Assembly: GCA_965249135.1 (NCBI GenBank) | Contig: OZ252220.1 | Location: forward strand, 64,001 to 128,000 | DNA: 64,000 nucleotides | Source of the DNA: Alphaproteobacteria bacterium | Lineage (GTDB): Bacteria; Pseudomonadota; Alphaproteobacteria; GCA-2746255 | Reading direction: 5' to 3' | Shown: positions 42,876-52,663 of the stretch, piece after piece | Layout of the letters: the number at the start of each line of letters is the position of its first letter | Position numbering within the stretch: position 1 is the stretch's first letter | Translations under genes and position numbers: made by a program | The notes under the pieces: generated by a model | What the model was told of the DNA's origin: nothing | The model's input: only the letters and a program-made list of their open reading frames with translations | Database searches by the model: none

Positions 42876-44174
42876 TTAGCCGGATTCGAAAACCCGCTGA
42901 AATAATTCGTCGACATAGCGCGTGTGGTAGTCGGAATCGAAAAGCGCTTCCAAGGCCGCTTCTTCTAAGTATTTTGATACTTTCGCATCGGCCTTAAGCA
43001 GGTCGAGAAAAACCCCTTCCTTCTCCCATGCTTTTATTGCATTGCGTTGGACCAAGCCATAGGCGTCCTCGCGGCTCATGCCGGCCTGAGTAAGCGCCAG
43101 AAGCACACGCTGAGAGTAGACAAGCCCACCGAGGAGATCGAGATTACGACGCATATTTTCTGGATAGACGATAAGTTTCTCAATGATAGCGGTCATCCGC
43201 GCAAGCGCGAAGTCCATAGTTATTGTTGCGTCAGGGGCAATAATTCGCTCGACGGATGAGTGGGAAATATCGCGCTCATGCCAAAGCGCGACATTCTCAA
43301 GCGCGGGCGTCACATATCCGCGGACGACGCGGGCAAGACCGACGACGTTCTCACTAAGGACGGGGTTGCGCTTGTGGGGCATGGCGGACGAGCCTTTTTG
43401 GCCCGGCGCAAAATATTCTTCCGCCTCGTGGACTTCCGTTCGTTGCAGATGCCGGATCTCCGTGGCTAGGTTTTCCATCACGCTTGCGGTAAGGCCGAGA
43501 CGGACAAAGAACACCGCGTGCCGATCGCGAGGGATGATCTGGGTCGAGATTGGCTCGGCCCGAAGTCCCATCTTTTCTGCCACATAGGCTTCGACCCGGG
43601 GGTCGATATTGGCAAAGGTGCCCACGGCGCCGGAGATCGCGCAGGTGGCGACCTCGTCGCGCGCCGCACGCAGCCGTTCATGGCAGCGTTGGAAGGCGGC
43701 ATAATGGCTAGCGAGCTTAAGCCCAAAGGTCGTCGGCTCGGCATGAATCCCATGGCTGCGCCCGACACAGAGGTCGTTCTTGTGCTCATAGGCCCGCCGC
43801 TTAAGGGCGGCAAGCAGCGCGTCCACGTCTTCGAGCAAAAGATCGCTCGCCTGGGCCAGCTGGACGGCAAGGCAGGTGTCCAGCACGTCCGAAGAGGTCA
43901 TCCCTTGATGGATGAAACGGGCCTCTGGCCCGACATGCTCGGCAAGGTTCGTGAGGAAGGCGATGACGTCGTGATGGGTCTCTTTCTCGATCGCCTCGAT
44001 CCGATCGACCTCGAACTTGCCGCGCTGGCGCACGGCTTTGGCGGCTTCCTTCGGAATGGCCCCGATTTCTGCCTGCGCCTCGCAGGCATATGTCTCGATC
44101 TCAAGCCAAATACGGAATTTATTCTCTGGCGCCCAAATGGCCGTCATTGGCGGGCGCGCATAGCGTGGGATCAT
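42876..44174 (-). CDS. purB: Adenylosuccinate lyase
   Basis: MIPRY, TSSD, GRSHGIHAEP, GSSAMPHKRNP. Confidence 0.97.
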   Translation of the reverse strand: MIPRYARPPMTAIWAPENKFRIWLEIETYACEAQAEIGAIPKEAAKAVRQRGKFEVDRIEAIEKETHHDVIAFLTNLAEHVGPEARFIHQGMTSSDVLDTCLAVQLAQASDLLLEDVDALLAALKRRAYEHKNDLCVGRSHGIHAEPTTFGLKLASHYAAFQRCHERLRAARDEVATCAISGAVGTFANIDPRVEAYVAEKMGLRAEPISTQIIPRDRHAVFFVRLGLTASVMENLATEIRHLQRTEVHEAEEYFAPGQKGSSAMPHKRNPVLSENVVGLARVVRGYVTPALENVALWHERDISHSSVERIIAPDATITMDFALARMTAIIEKLIVYPENMRRNLDLLGGLVYSQRVLLALTQAGMSREDAYGLVQRNAIKAWEKEGVFLDLLKADAKVSKYLEEAALEALFDSDYHTRYVDELFQRVFESG

Positions 44175-44300
44175 GGATGTGGGCCTTCTAAGGCAAAAAG
44201 AACAAACGCGAGAATACCCCGCGCGGCGAAGATTACTTCTCCACGCCGGATTTTACAGATGTTCGACGTTTTTTAAAACGGAATGTCGAGCGTGTAGCGA

Positions 44301-44783
44301 CTAATCGTGGACCACGATCGGATAATCCGGTGTCGGGTTCAGCGGACAGGAGTACACATATTCGCCTGCCGTAAGCTCGATTTCGTAGTCCTTCGTGTAA
44401 CCGGTCCTGAGGCCGCCGCCGGAGGTGCTGGGCAGGGTTAGCCTGCCCAAGCTGGTGCCGCGAAGGTAGAAACCCAATTCGTAAGGCACGCTTTTATTCG
44501 TTACCCGGAAGATATATTTGCCAGGCTTCAGAACCATGGGCTCTACCTTGGCCAGTCGCCCGTCTCCTGTTTCCATGTTGATGCGAACGCAATCCGCCTT
44601 CTTCATGCTTTGATACGTGTGATCCGTGCCTTCCGGTTCTACGAACTGGCAAGGGGTTTGCGTAAGATCGATGATCCGAGGTTCGCTGGTTGCGGCGAAT
44701 CCAAGGTTACCTATCGCGATAAGACCGTCGGCAAGGATGCTTGCACCGATCGCAAAGCGTGGGAAGGAGGGGTTCGAAAACAT
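44301..44783 (-). CDS. Secreted cupredoxin-like protein, paralog A
   Basis: Signal-like N-terminus; TQTPCQF, LKPGKYIFRVTN, GEYVYSCPLNPT; GGAG SD before ATG 44783. Confidence 0.65.
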   Translation of the reverse strand: MFSNPSFPRFAIGASILADGLIAIGNLGFAATSEPRIIDLTQTPCQFVEPEGTDHTYQSMKKADCVRINMETGDGRLAKVEPMVLKPGKYIFRVTNKSVPYELGFYLRGTSLGRLTLPSTSGGGLRTGYTKDYEIELTAGEYVYSCPLNPTPDYPIVVHD

Positions 44784-44844
44784 GGAATAACTCCGATCCA
44801 AAGAACGATGCCCTAGATCGAATATAAGAAACACGAATAGGGCG

Positions 44845-45099
44845 TCAATTCATTCTCTTGTGAAGAGTTTGTGAAGAGATCACGCGCGCATTTCGGTGCC
44901 GCGTGAACTGGCACGCCGATTGAGTTAATTCGATCGTTTTGTCCTTGGAAACGGTAAGCGGCTTCACCTTCACCACCGAAACCTCCGCTGGGTGGTATGG
45001 GTCCTTGATGGCGGCGTTGCCGGCCGTGGCCGTCAGGAACAGACCGACCGATACCATGGCGCCAAGAACGGCGGGAAGACGCAGCCAAGTCATCGTCAT
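44845..45099 (-). pseudogene. Truncated paralog B of the cupredoxin-like family
   Basis: Signal peptide plus IELTQSACQF, after which similarity stops; 84 aa; strong SD AAGGAGG. Confidence 0.6.
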
Positions 45100-45115
45100 T
45101 ACTCACTTCCTCCTT

Positions 45116-45167
45116 TTACAGCGTTTGTTTCATGTAGCTTGTTACAGCGTTTGTTTCATGTAGCTTG
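45116..45167. repeat. 26-bp perfect tandem duplication
   Basis: TTACAGCGTTTGTTTCATGTAGCTTG x2. Confidence 0.9.
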
Positions 45168-45309
45168 AGATATGAGGATCGTTTAACCTTATGTAGACCA
45201 TAGAAAATTGCCTTAAAACAAAGGCTTACAGTAAAGTTCACGAACGAGACCATGCCCCGTCGAGCGAATCTCAAGTTTTGGTTTTAGGGGGAGTAGAGGG
45301 TTGCCGGGT

Positions 45310-45879
45310 TCAGGGCTTCACGATTAGCGGATACTCGTAGGTCGGGTTTTGTCGGCCCGTATAGATGTAGTCACCTGCCTCGAGCTCGATTTCGAAAACC
45401 GTATGGTAGCCTGCTAGGAGTTCTCCATCAGAAAAGATCGGCTTCTTTCTCTTCTTTCCGTTCGCTTTCAACTCGTAAATCTCAAGACCAACCGCATAAG
45501 GAACGTCCACATTGTGGACGCGGAATTTGTATTTGCCTGGCTTCAGGGTCAGGGTCTCAATGTGGCGTTCCTTTTTTTCCTTCCGCATTGCTCGCGTCAT
45601 GCGACGGAGTTCCCGGGGACAATCGCGTGGGAAGGTTATGTAGAGATAGTGGGCGGCACCTTCCGGCTCGACCAACTGACAACCCGTATGGCTAAGTTTG
45701 ATCGTGCCGTCCTTAACCTGAAGGGGGTGTACCGGTACGATCTCGAAATCCGGTGGCCGGTATCCATGCTCGGTACCCACACCTTGTGCCGCGGCTGGCC
45801 CGGCAACCAATGCCATGGCCGTCAGGAGGATCCCAGTGCCAAGGATGGTAAGGATATGAAATGGTGTACTTCGCGACAC
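45310..45879 (-). CDS. Secreted cupredoxin-like protein, paralog C
   Basis: GTG 45879 then a signal peptide ending AAA-Q; SHTGCQL, LKPGKYKFRVHN, YIYTGRQNPT; the ORF is also open to ATG 46044. Confidence 0.65.
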   Translation of the reverse strand: MSRSTPFHILTILGTGILLTAMALVAGPAAAQGVGTEHGYRPPDFEIVPVHPLQVKDGTIKLSHTGCQLVEPEGAAHYLYITFPRDCPRELRRMTRAMRKEKKERHIETLTLKPGKYKFRVHNVDVPYAVGLEIYELKANGKKRKKPIFSDGELLAGYHTVFEIELEAGDYIYTGRQNPTYEYPLIVKP

Positions 45880-45892
45880 GTACCTTCTCTTT

Positions 45893-45946
45893 TTCCGAGT
45901 CAGGGGGATTATCTGCGTGTTCCGAGTCAGGGGGATTATCTGCGTG
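45893..45946. repeat. 27-bp perfect tandem duplication
   Basis: TTCCGAGTCAGGGGGATTATCTGCGTG x2 (encodes TQIIPLTR twice). Confidence 0.9.
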
Positions 45947-46046
45947 GTCGCGCGTCCAATGTCAAGCCCTAAGTCGCGGAAAATATGGAATAAACCCTTA
46001 GCAACTCGTCTTTGAAGCCGAGCCGGTTCCGATGCCATGGCCATTT

Positions 46047-46679
46047 TTAATTGATGCTGTCCGAGGATTGGTCTGCCCCGGCCGAGGCTGCATCCGTACT
46101 GGTCGCCGCCTCGTTCGATATGACTAACGGATACTCGTAGGTCGGGTTTTGTCGGCCCGTATAGATGTAGTCACCTGCCTCGAACTCGATTTCGAAAACC
46201 GTATGGTAGCCTGCTAGGAGTTCTCCATCAGAAAAGATCGGCTTCTTTCTCTTCTTTCCGTTCGCTTTCAACTCGTAAATCTCAAGACCAACCGCATAAG
46301 GAACGTCCACATTGTGGACGCGGAATTTGTATTTGCCTGGCTTCAGGGTCAGGGTCTCAATGTGGCGTTCCTTTTTTTCCTTCCGCATTGCTCGCGTCAT
46401 GCGACGGAGTTCCCGGGGACAATCGCGTGGGAAGGTTATGTAGAGATAGTGGGCGGCACCTTCCGGCTCGACCAACTGACAACCCGTATGGCTAAGTTTG
46501 ATCGTGCCGTCCTTAACCTGAAGGGGGTGTACCGGTACGATCTCGAAATCCGGTGGCCGGTATCCATGCTCGGTACCCACACCTTGTGCCGCGGCTGGCC
46601 CGGCAACCAATGCCATGGCCGTCAGGAGGATCCCAGTGCCAAGGATGGTAAGGATATGAAATGGTGTACTTCGCGACAC
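46047..46679 (-). CDS. Secreted cupredoxin-like protein, paralog D
   Basis: SD AAGGAGAAGG before GTG 46679; near-identical to paralog C with a different C-terminal tail. Confidence 0.65.
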   Translation of the reverse strand: MSRSTPFHILTILGTGILLTAMALVAGPAAAQGVGTEHGYRPPDFEIVPVHPLQVKDGTIKLSHTGCQLVEPEGAAHYLYITFPRDCPRELRRMTRAMRKEKKERHIETLTLKPGKYKFRVHNVDVPYAVGLEIYELKANGKKRKKPIFSDGELLAGYHTVFEIEFEAGDYIYTGRQNPTYEYPLVISNEAATSTDAASAGADQSSDSIN

Positions 46680-46807
46680 GTACCTTCTCCTTAATTTCTG
46701 TTCCTTATCCTCGTCGTTTCTCGATGGCCCCGTCACAGGAAACCCCCTTTTGAAGTTACCGGCCCTTGTTTAGGGCCTGCATGCAATCGCATGACACCCG
46801 TCCCGGG

Positions 46808-47998
46808 TCAGGAAAGAACACAAAAATCCCGTGCCGCTTGAACCGTGCTTTCAATTAGCCGATCGAGATCGGCATCATCATGAGCAGCGGTAATAGCGAA
46901 ACGTATGCGGCTTTCTCCTTCCGGAACCGTTGGGGGGCGAATGGCCACACCCAAAATGCCATTTTCTTCTAGGGCGGCGCTCATGCGTAATGCCGTCTCT
47001 TCCGCCCCCACGATTATGGGGATTATCTGCGTTGTCGAAGGCCCGATGTCAAGCCCTAGGTCGCGGAAACCTTGACGTACATGCTCGGCGGCTCCCTCGA
47101 GCCAGGCTCGCTCGGCGGTCATTTGAGGGACCAGATCGAGGGCCGCATCGTTCGCTCCCAATATCGCCGGCGGGAGCCCGGTCGAGTAAATCAATCCAGG
47201 ACAACGGTTTATGAGAAAATCCCGTAGCTTTGCGGAACACGCCACATAGGCGCCGAAGCTGCCAAGCGCCTTGCTGAAGGTCCCCATGACGAGGTCGATC
47301 TGATCACCATATTGCGTGGCCAGGCCGAATCCATCTGGGCCCAGGACGCCGGTGGCATGGGCCTCGTCCAGGTAAAGGAAAGCGCCATATTTATCTGCTA
47401 TTCCAATAAGTTGCTCAATATCCGCTCGGTCGCCATCCATGCTGAAGACGGATTCGGTCAGGATAAAGCGCGGCCGTTTTTCCCGCTCGCCTTCACGCAA
47501 GAGTGATGCGAGGTGATCCAGATCGTTATGACGGTAGTGAATCTGTTGGATCCCGGCGGCCCGGCATCCCTGATGGATGCTCGCATGGTTCAATGCGTCG
47601 GAATAGACGAGAGGGTCTGCTTCCAGAATCCGGGAGTGCAAGAGTGCCGCCAGCACGGAGACGTTCGTTTGGTAGCCGGAGGCCAATATGAGGGCCGCCT
47701 CCTTGCGTTTCGCCATGGCGAGCTTCGCCTCGACTTTTTCGAAAAGTTCTAAATTGCCGCAGACGAGACGCGAGGCCCCCGAGCCGGTCCCCCAGGCCTC
47801 TGTCCACTCGACGGCACGCTCACGGAGTGCCGGATGCTGCGCAAGACCGAGGTAATTGTTCGATGAAAAATTACAAAGAACCTTGCCTGCTTGCTCGATT
47901 CGGCTGCCGTCCGTTTTTCCGAATGCGCGAAGGCTCCGGCGTCGTTGCTCCGGCAGCCGATCGAGAAAGCGATGGTATGCTTGGGATGCCTTCTTCAT
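46808..47998 (-). CDS. bioF: 8-amino-7-oxononanoate synthase
   Basis: NFSSNNYLGL, GSGASRL, NHASI, ESVFSMDGD, DEAH, GTFSKALG, AIRPPTVP. Confidence 0.9.
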   Translation of the reverse strand: MKKASQAYHRFLDRLPEQRRRSLRAFGKTDGSRIEQAGKVLCNFSSNNYLGLAQHPALRERAVEWTEAWGTGSGASRLVCGNLELFEKVEAKLAMAKRKEAALILASGYQTNVSVLAALLHSRILEADPLVYSDALNHASIHQGCRAAGIQQIHYRHNDLDHLASLLREGEREKRPRFILTESVFSMDGDRADIEQLIGIADKYGAFLYLDEAHATGVLGPDGFGLATQYGDQIDLVMGTFSKALGSFGAYVACSAKLRDFLINRCPGLIYSTGLPPAILGANDAALDLVPQMTAERAWLEGAAEHVRQGFRDLGLDIGPSTTQIIPIIVGAEETALRMSAALEENGILGVAIRPPTVPEGESRIRFAITAAHDDADLDRLIESTVQAARDFCVLS

Positions 47999-48182
47999 GG
48001 ACTCTATTCGATGCAGAGGCCGCCGCCATGGCTTGCCTTCGGAAGCATAGTGGAAAAACGGTGATGCCGGTAGAGAAGGGGCCATCTTAAAGCCGGGTTC
48101 TTCTATCGGATGGCCAAAAGACCTATCAAAAGACCTATGTAGGATCCAAACGGCAGTGATTTGAAGGAGCCCTTAATCCCCT

Positions 48183-49121
48183 ATGTCGGAGATGACGCAC
48201 CCATCGAAAGGGCTGATCAAGCGCGGTCGCTTCGCCACCTTTGAGACCGCCAATGGCGTGCGCATCCGTTATGCGGCCTGGGAACCGGAGGGAAAGGCAA
48301 GAGGAACGGTTGTTTTCCTCAACGGGCGGGCCGAATTTATTGAGAAATACGTTGAGACGATCGGCGAGCTTTTGGCCAAGGGCTACGCGGTGTGGTCAAA
48401 GGATTGGCGGGGCCAAGGCCTGTCTTCGCGGCCGCTTTCGAACCCCCGGAAAGGCCATGCGGATTCTTTCGAACCGCTGCTTTCCGACCTCCACATTTTC
48501 CTGACGGAGATCGTGCGCCCGAATAGCAAAGGACCCTATTTGGCGCTCGCCCATTCAATGGGGGGCCATCTGGTGCTGCGCTATCTCGCCGAACACCCGG
48601 GGTTCTTCACTCAGGCCGTGGTGTCGGCGCCAATGGTAGACATTCACACTCAGGCCTGGCCGCGGGCGGCGGTCGAAGGGCTTGCCCGGCTTGCCGTGCG
48701 ATTTGGCCTAGGCGATCGCTACGTTCCCGGCATGGGCGATGCGGAGCCCTACCAGGTTGCGTTTTCGAAAAATCTTTTGACGTCGGATCCGGTGCGCTTC
48801 CGGCAAACGCAAGCTTGGACGATAGAAGAACCGGCCCTTGGCCTTGGCGGGCCCACCTATGGCTGGATGCGCGCCGCCTACGAGTCCATTGGGAAATTGG
48901 AGAATCCGGATTACTCAGCTGCGATCGACGTACCGGTCCTCTTCTTTAGTGCCGAAAAAGACCGCATCGTTCTGAACGAAGCGCAAGAACGCTTAAGCCG
49001 CAACATGCCAAAAGCTAGCTTTACCTCCCTGGCGGAAGCGCAGCATGAAATTATGCTCGAACGCGACCCCATTCGTGTACGGTTCTGGGAGGCATTCGAT
49101 CGGTTTACCGGCCATCTTTGA
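48183..49121 (+). CDS. Alpha/beta hydrolase, lysophospholipase L2 (PldB)-like
   Basis: GRAEFIEKY, DWRGQGLS, AHSMGG, HEIMLE. Confidence 0.85.
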   Translation: MSEMTHPSKGLIKRGRFATFETANGVRIRYAAWEPEGKARGTVVFLNGRAEFIEKYVETIGELLAKGYAVWSKDWRGQGLSSRPLSNPRKGHADSFEPLLSDLHIFLTEIVRPNSKGPYLALAHSMGGHLVLRYLAEHPGFFTQAVVSAPMVDIHTQAWPRAAVEGLARLAVRFGLGDRYVPGMGDAEPYQVAFSKNLLTSDPVRFRQTQAWTIEEPALGLGGPTYGWMRAAYESIGKLENPDYSAAIDVPVLFFSAEKDRIVLNEAQERLSRNMPKASFTSLAEAQHEIMLERDPIRVRFWEAFDRFTGHL

Positions 49122-49168
49122 CCCTTGTCCGTCGTGAAACCATCGCCTGGAGGAAGGAGACCTAGTAC

Positions 49169-49663
49169 ATGCAACTCGAGGGTTCTTGTCACTGCGGCGC
49201 AGTGCGCTTTTCACTGAAGTCGCGGACGCCTTATCCCTATATGTGGTGCTACTGCACAATCTGTCGAAAGACGGCGGGTGCCGGCGGCTATGCCATCAAC
49301 CTCATGGGGGAAGCGTCAAGCTTTCGCGTTACGGGCGAGAAGAACGTCACTGTCTACCGTGCCCGAGCCAATGAGGGGGAAGACGACATCGAGCAGGTGT
49401 TAAGTCCGGGTCAAAGGCATTTCTGTCGGGTCTGCGGCACTGCGCTCTGGGTCTCGGATCCGCGCTGGCCGGAACTCATTCACCCCTTTGCCTCGGCGAT
49501 CGATACGCCGCTCCCCAAACCACCCGAACGCGAGCATATTATGCTGGAATCGAGAGCGCCTTGGATCGAAGTCCCGAGCGGAGAGTATGACCGCCAGTTT
49601 CCGGAATACCCCGACGATTCAATCGAGGAATGGCACCGACGGCGCAGCCTCACGGTGGATTGA
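49169..49663 (+). CDS. GFA/CENP-V family zinc-binding protein
   Basis: GSCHCGAV, CYCTICRK, FCRVCG. Confidence 0.88.
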   Translation: MQLEGSCHCGAVRFSLKSRTPYPYMWCYCTICRKTAGAGGYAINLMGEASSFRVTGEKNVTVYRARANEGEDDIEQVLSPGQRHFCRVCGTALWVSDPRWPELIHPFASAIDTPLPKPPEREHIMLESRAPWIEVPSGEYDRQFPEYPDDSIEEWHRRRSLTVD

Positions 49664-50324
49664 CAGGACGGGATTCCACCAAGCGTAGGACATGGGGCAG
49701 GATTCGTTCGACGACCACCGCTACCCCCTCGGCATTCGGATGGATTCCATCGGAAGTATTTAGTTCCGCATTTCCCGCGACGCCTTCGAGAAAGAAGGGG
49801 TAAAGCGGCACCCCGTGTTTTTCCGCAAGCCGTGGAAAGATGGCGTTGAATTCCTCGTCATACTCCGGGCCGGCAACCGACGGTACGCGGCTACCGGCCA
49901 GCAGAACCCGGATTTTTTTTGCACGCAGGATCGTCAGGATCCGGTCAAGATTTACATACGTCTCTTCAGGCTCGAATTGAGCGAACACGTCATTGGCGCC
50001 GAATTCAAGGATGACGATCTGCGGTTGAACGGCGAGTACGTGGTGAATACGGGCAAGGCCATCCTCCGACGTCTCGCCGGAAACGCCGGCATTGAAGACG
50101 GCAGCCAAAACACCTTTCGTGCGAAGGGCTGCTTCCAATTGGACGGGGAAGGCTTGGTTGGGAGGAAGACCATACCCTTGCGTAAGGCTGTCGCCGAAGG
50201 CAACGATCCGAAGGGTGCCGTCATCGGCCGCCATCGTGAACACAAACGGGAAGAATAAGACGCAGGCGAGGGTGAGAACGCCTGCCCGAATACGCCTGAA
50301 GAACGTTGGTTTCCTCAAGCCCAT
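49650..50324 (-). CDS. SGNH arylesterase (TesA-like)
   Basis: FGDSL, NAGVSG, GAND, DGIHP. Confidence 0.9.
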   Translation of the reverse strand: MGLRKPTFFRRIRAGVLTLACVLFFPFVFTMAADDGTLRIVAFGDSLTQGYGLPPNQAFPVQLEAALRTKGVLAAVFNAGVSGETSEDGLARIHHVLAVQPQIVILEFGANDVFAQFEPEETYVNLDRILTILRAKKIRVLLAGSRVPSVAGPEYDEEFNAIFPRLAEKHGVPLYPFFLEGVAGNAELNTSDGIHPNAEGVAVVVERILPHVLRLVESRPVNPP

Positions 50325-50330
50325 TGCGGC

Positions 50331-51017
50331 TTAGAGAAGGCCCATCGATTTGAAGGAATGGTGGCCGCCCTTGGCGACGATGACATGATCATGAAGTTCG
50401 ATGCCCAGTTTTTGACAGGCCTCCCGCACCTCTTTCGTCATGGCGATATCCGCTTTCGAAGGGGTCGAATCGCCGCTTGGATGGTTGTGGACCATGATGA
50501 TTGCGGAGGCGCCGAAATCAAGCGCCCGCTTCACCACTTCCCGCGGATAGATCGGCGCATGATCGACGGTTCCGCTTTGCTGCATTTCATCGGCAATGAT
50601 GGCGTTCTTGCGATTTAGGAAGAGCAGGCGGAAATGTTCTTTGTCTTCGTGGGACATGCTCGCGCGTAAATAGTCCAGCAATTGCTGCCAGCTACCAATC
50701 GCCGGCTGGTTCATGATCTCTTCACGGGTCAGTCGCAAAGCCGCTTCTTGGACAATTTTCAGGGCGGCGACGGAGGTATTCCCAACCCCGGGTGTGGCAA
50801 GAAGCTCTTCCGGCTTGGCGCGGATGATGTTTGCAAAGTTGCCGAATTGCTTCAGCAACACCTTCGCCATCGGCTTTACGTCACGGCGCGGATGCGCAAG
50901 AAAAAGAAGCATCTCGAGCATTTCATAATCCGCCAGCGATTCACCTCCCGATTTCAGGAAGCATTCACGAAGGCGTTCGCGGTGACCAAGGTAGTGCGGT
51001 TTTTCATCCATGTTCAT
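50331..51017 (-). CDS. radC: RadC family JAB-domain protein
   Basis: GHRERLR, YPREVVK, HNHPSGD, HDHVI. Confidence 0.93.
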   Translation of the reverse strand: MNMDEKPHYLGHRERLRECFLKSGGESLADYEMLEMLLFLAHPRRDVKPMAKVLLKQFGNFANIIRAKPEELLATPGVGNTSVAALKIVQEAALRLTREEIMNQPAIGSWQQLLDYLRASMSHEDKEHFRLLFLNRKNAIIADEMQQSGTVDHAPIYPREVVKRALDFGASAIIMVHNHPSGDSTPSKADIAMTKEVREACQKLGIELHDHVIVAKGGHHSFKSMGLL

Positions 51018-51033
51018 AAGCGCGTAAGGAGCA

Positions 51034-51867
51034 TCATGCGTTGTAAGGCGGGCAGGTGTGGCCGGCCGGTGACAGGGTAAAGATTTCGCACCCTTGCGCC
51101 GTCACACCGACGCTGTGCTCGAATTGAGCGGAAAGCGATCGGTCCTTCGTGACGGCCGTCCATCCGTCATCCAGGATTTTCACCTCGAAGCCGCCTGCAT
51201 TGATCATCGGCTCGATCGTAAAGAACATGCCTTCTTGTAAGGCGATGCCTTTTCCGGGGGTGCCGAAGTGAAGAATGCTTGGCGCATCATGGAAAATCTG
51301 GCCTAGACCATGCCCGCAAAAGTCTCGGACGACGCTATAGCGATGGGCTTCCGCGTGGGACTGAATGGCATGGCCCAGATCTCCCAGCGTGGTGCCAGGT
51401 TTGACGGTCTCGATCCCGCGCATCATGCACTCGTAAGTGATCTCGACGAGGCGTCGGGCTTTGACGCTTGGTTTTTCAATATAGAACATCCGGCTCGTGT
51501 CCCCATGCCACCCGTCTAGGATCACGGTAACGTCGATGTTTAGGATATCTCCGTCGTGCAATTTCTTGCTTCCGGGGATGCCGTGGCAAACGACGTGGTT
51601 TACGGACGTGCAAATCGATTTTGGAAAACCACGGTAGTTCAACGGAGCGGGAGTCGCTCTATGCTCAAGAATAAAATCGTGGCACAACTGGTCGAGTTCA
51701 CCGGTCGTGGCCTCGGACTTCACGTGAGGCGTGATAAAGTCAAGGGTCTCGGCGGCAAGGCGTCCCGCACGGCGCATCCCCTCGAAACCGTCGGCATCGT
51801 GAAACTTGATGCTTCGTAAATCTTCCCCGGTATCGGCGGGATGTTTGCTTGTCCAATCTTGCTCCAC
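51034..51867 (-). CDS. map: Methionine aminopeptidase type I
   Basis: CHGIP, DGWHGDTS, CGHG, FTIEPMIN, SAQFEH; start GTG 51867 inferred. Confidence 0.95.
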   Translation of the reverse strand: MEQDWTSKHPADTGEDLRSIKFHDADGFEGMRRAGRLAAETLDFITPHVKSEATTGELDQLCHDFILEHRATPAPLNYRGFPKSICTSVNHVVCHGIPGSKKLHDGDILNIDVTVILDGWHGDTSRMFYIEKPSVKARRLVEITYECMMRGIETVKPGTTLGDLGHAIQSHAEAHRYSVVRDFCGHGLGQIFHDAPSILHFGTPGKGIALQEGMFFTIEPMINAGGFEVKILDDGWTAVTKDRSLSAQFEHSVGVTAQGCEIFTLSPAGHTCPPYNA

Positions 51868-51880
51868 GTCTTCACGCCCT

Positions 51881-52579
51881 TCAGAAAGAAAGTGGCAATG
51901 GCCGGTCCAGCTCAATGGCCGGTACGCCTACCTTGCAGGTAAAACACAGTGCTTCGACGCCAGTTTTTTGGGCCGCCCGCATCGTCTCAGCATAGGCCGG
52001 ATCGATTTTCTCGGCGAGAACGAAGTCATCACAATCTTCGCGCTGGACGAGGTAGAGAATCGCAGCGCGCTTGCCACTGCGCACGACCTCCGCCAGCTCG
52101 CTCAGGTGTTTTGTGCCGCGGGCCGTGACGGCATCCGGGAAGGCGGCTGACCCTCCCAACCGCAAGGTGACACTCTTCACCTCGACGTAGCATGACGGCT
52201 CACCGGGCCTTTCAAGAAGAAAATCGACACGCGAGTTCTTTCCGTAACGAACCTCGCGCCGAACGGAAGAATAGTCGGCGAACTCGGGAATCTTTTTGGT
52301 GTTGAGTTTTTCCTCAACGATTCGATTCGCAAGCGAAGTGTTAATGCCAACGTAACCATCGTCGATGCGAACGAGCTCCCACGTATAGCGGAGTTTGCGT
52401 TTTGGATTCCGGGCCGGCGACAGCCACACTTCCCCATTGGGAACCAGCAACCCCATCATCGAGCCCGGATTCGGGCAATGGGCCGTCACGCGTTCACCGC
52501 CATCCAGTTCAATCGTGCTCAGGAAGCGTTTGTAACGTTCGACGAAATTGCCACGGATAAGCGGGTCGGGGAAATTCAT
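51881..52579 (-). CDS. sfsA: DNA/RNA nuclease SfsA
   Basis: RYKRF, HCPNPGSM, SRVDF, VEVKSVTL, FPDAVTARG; true start ATG 52579. Confidence 0.93.
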   Translation of the reverse strand: MNFPDPLIRGNFVERYKRFLSTIELDGGERVTAHCPNPGSMMGLLVPNGEVWLSPARNPKRKLRYTWELVRIDDGYVGINTSLANRIVEEKLNTKKIPEFADYSSVRREVRYGKNSRVDFLLERPGEPSCYVEVKSVTLRLGGSAAFPDAVTARGTKHLSELAEVVRSGKRAAILYLVQREDCDDFVLAEKIDPAYAETMRAAQKTGVEALCFTCKVGVPAIELDRPLPLSF

Positions 52580-52663
52580 ACGGCATATGTAAAAGTTAAG
52601 CTTTACGCTTTCAACGACACGCTGCCATAGCCTATGCTTTTCGAGCAAATAAAGTTGAAAGTC

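Larger units (their letters stand above)
45328..46689. repeat. 562-bp direct repeat pair (45328-45889 and 46128-46689)
   Basis: Offset exactly 800 bp; one mismatch seen (45384 G vs 46184 A). Confidence 0.93.

Noticed and set aside
45116-45946. 26-27-bp repeats as a CRISPR array
   Set aside because: Two adjacent copies each, no spacers, different sequences and no cas genes
50331-51017. radC as a mobile-element marker
   Set aside because: Full-length chromosomal type in an ordinary sfsA-map-radC neighbourhood
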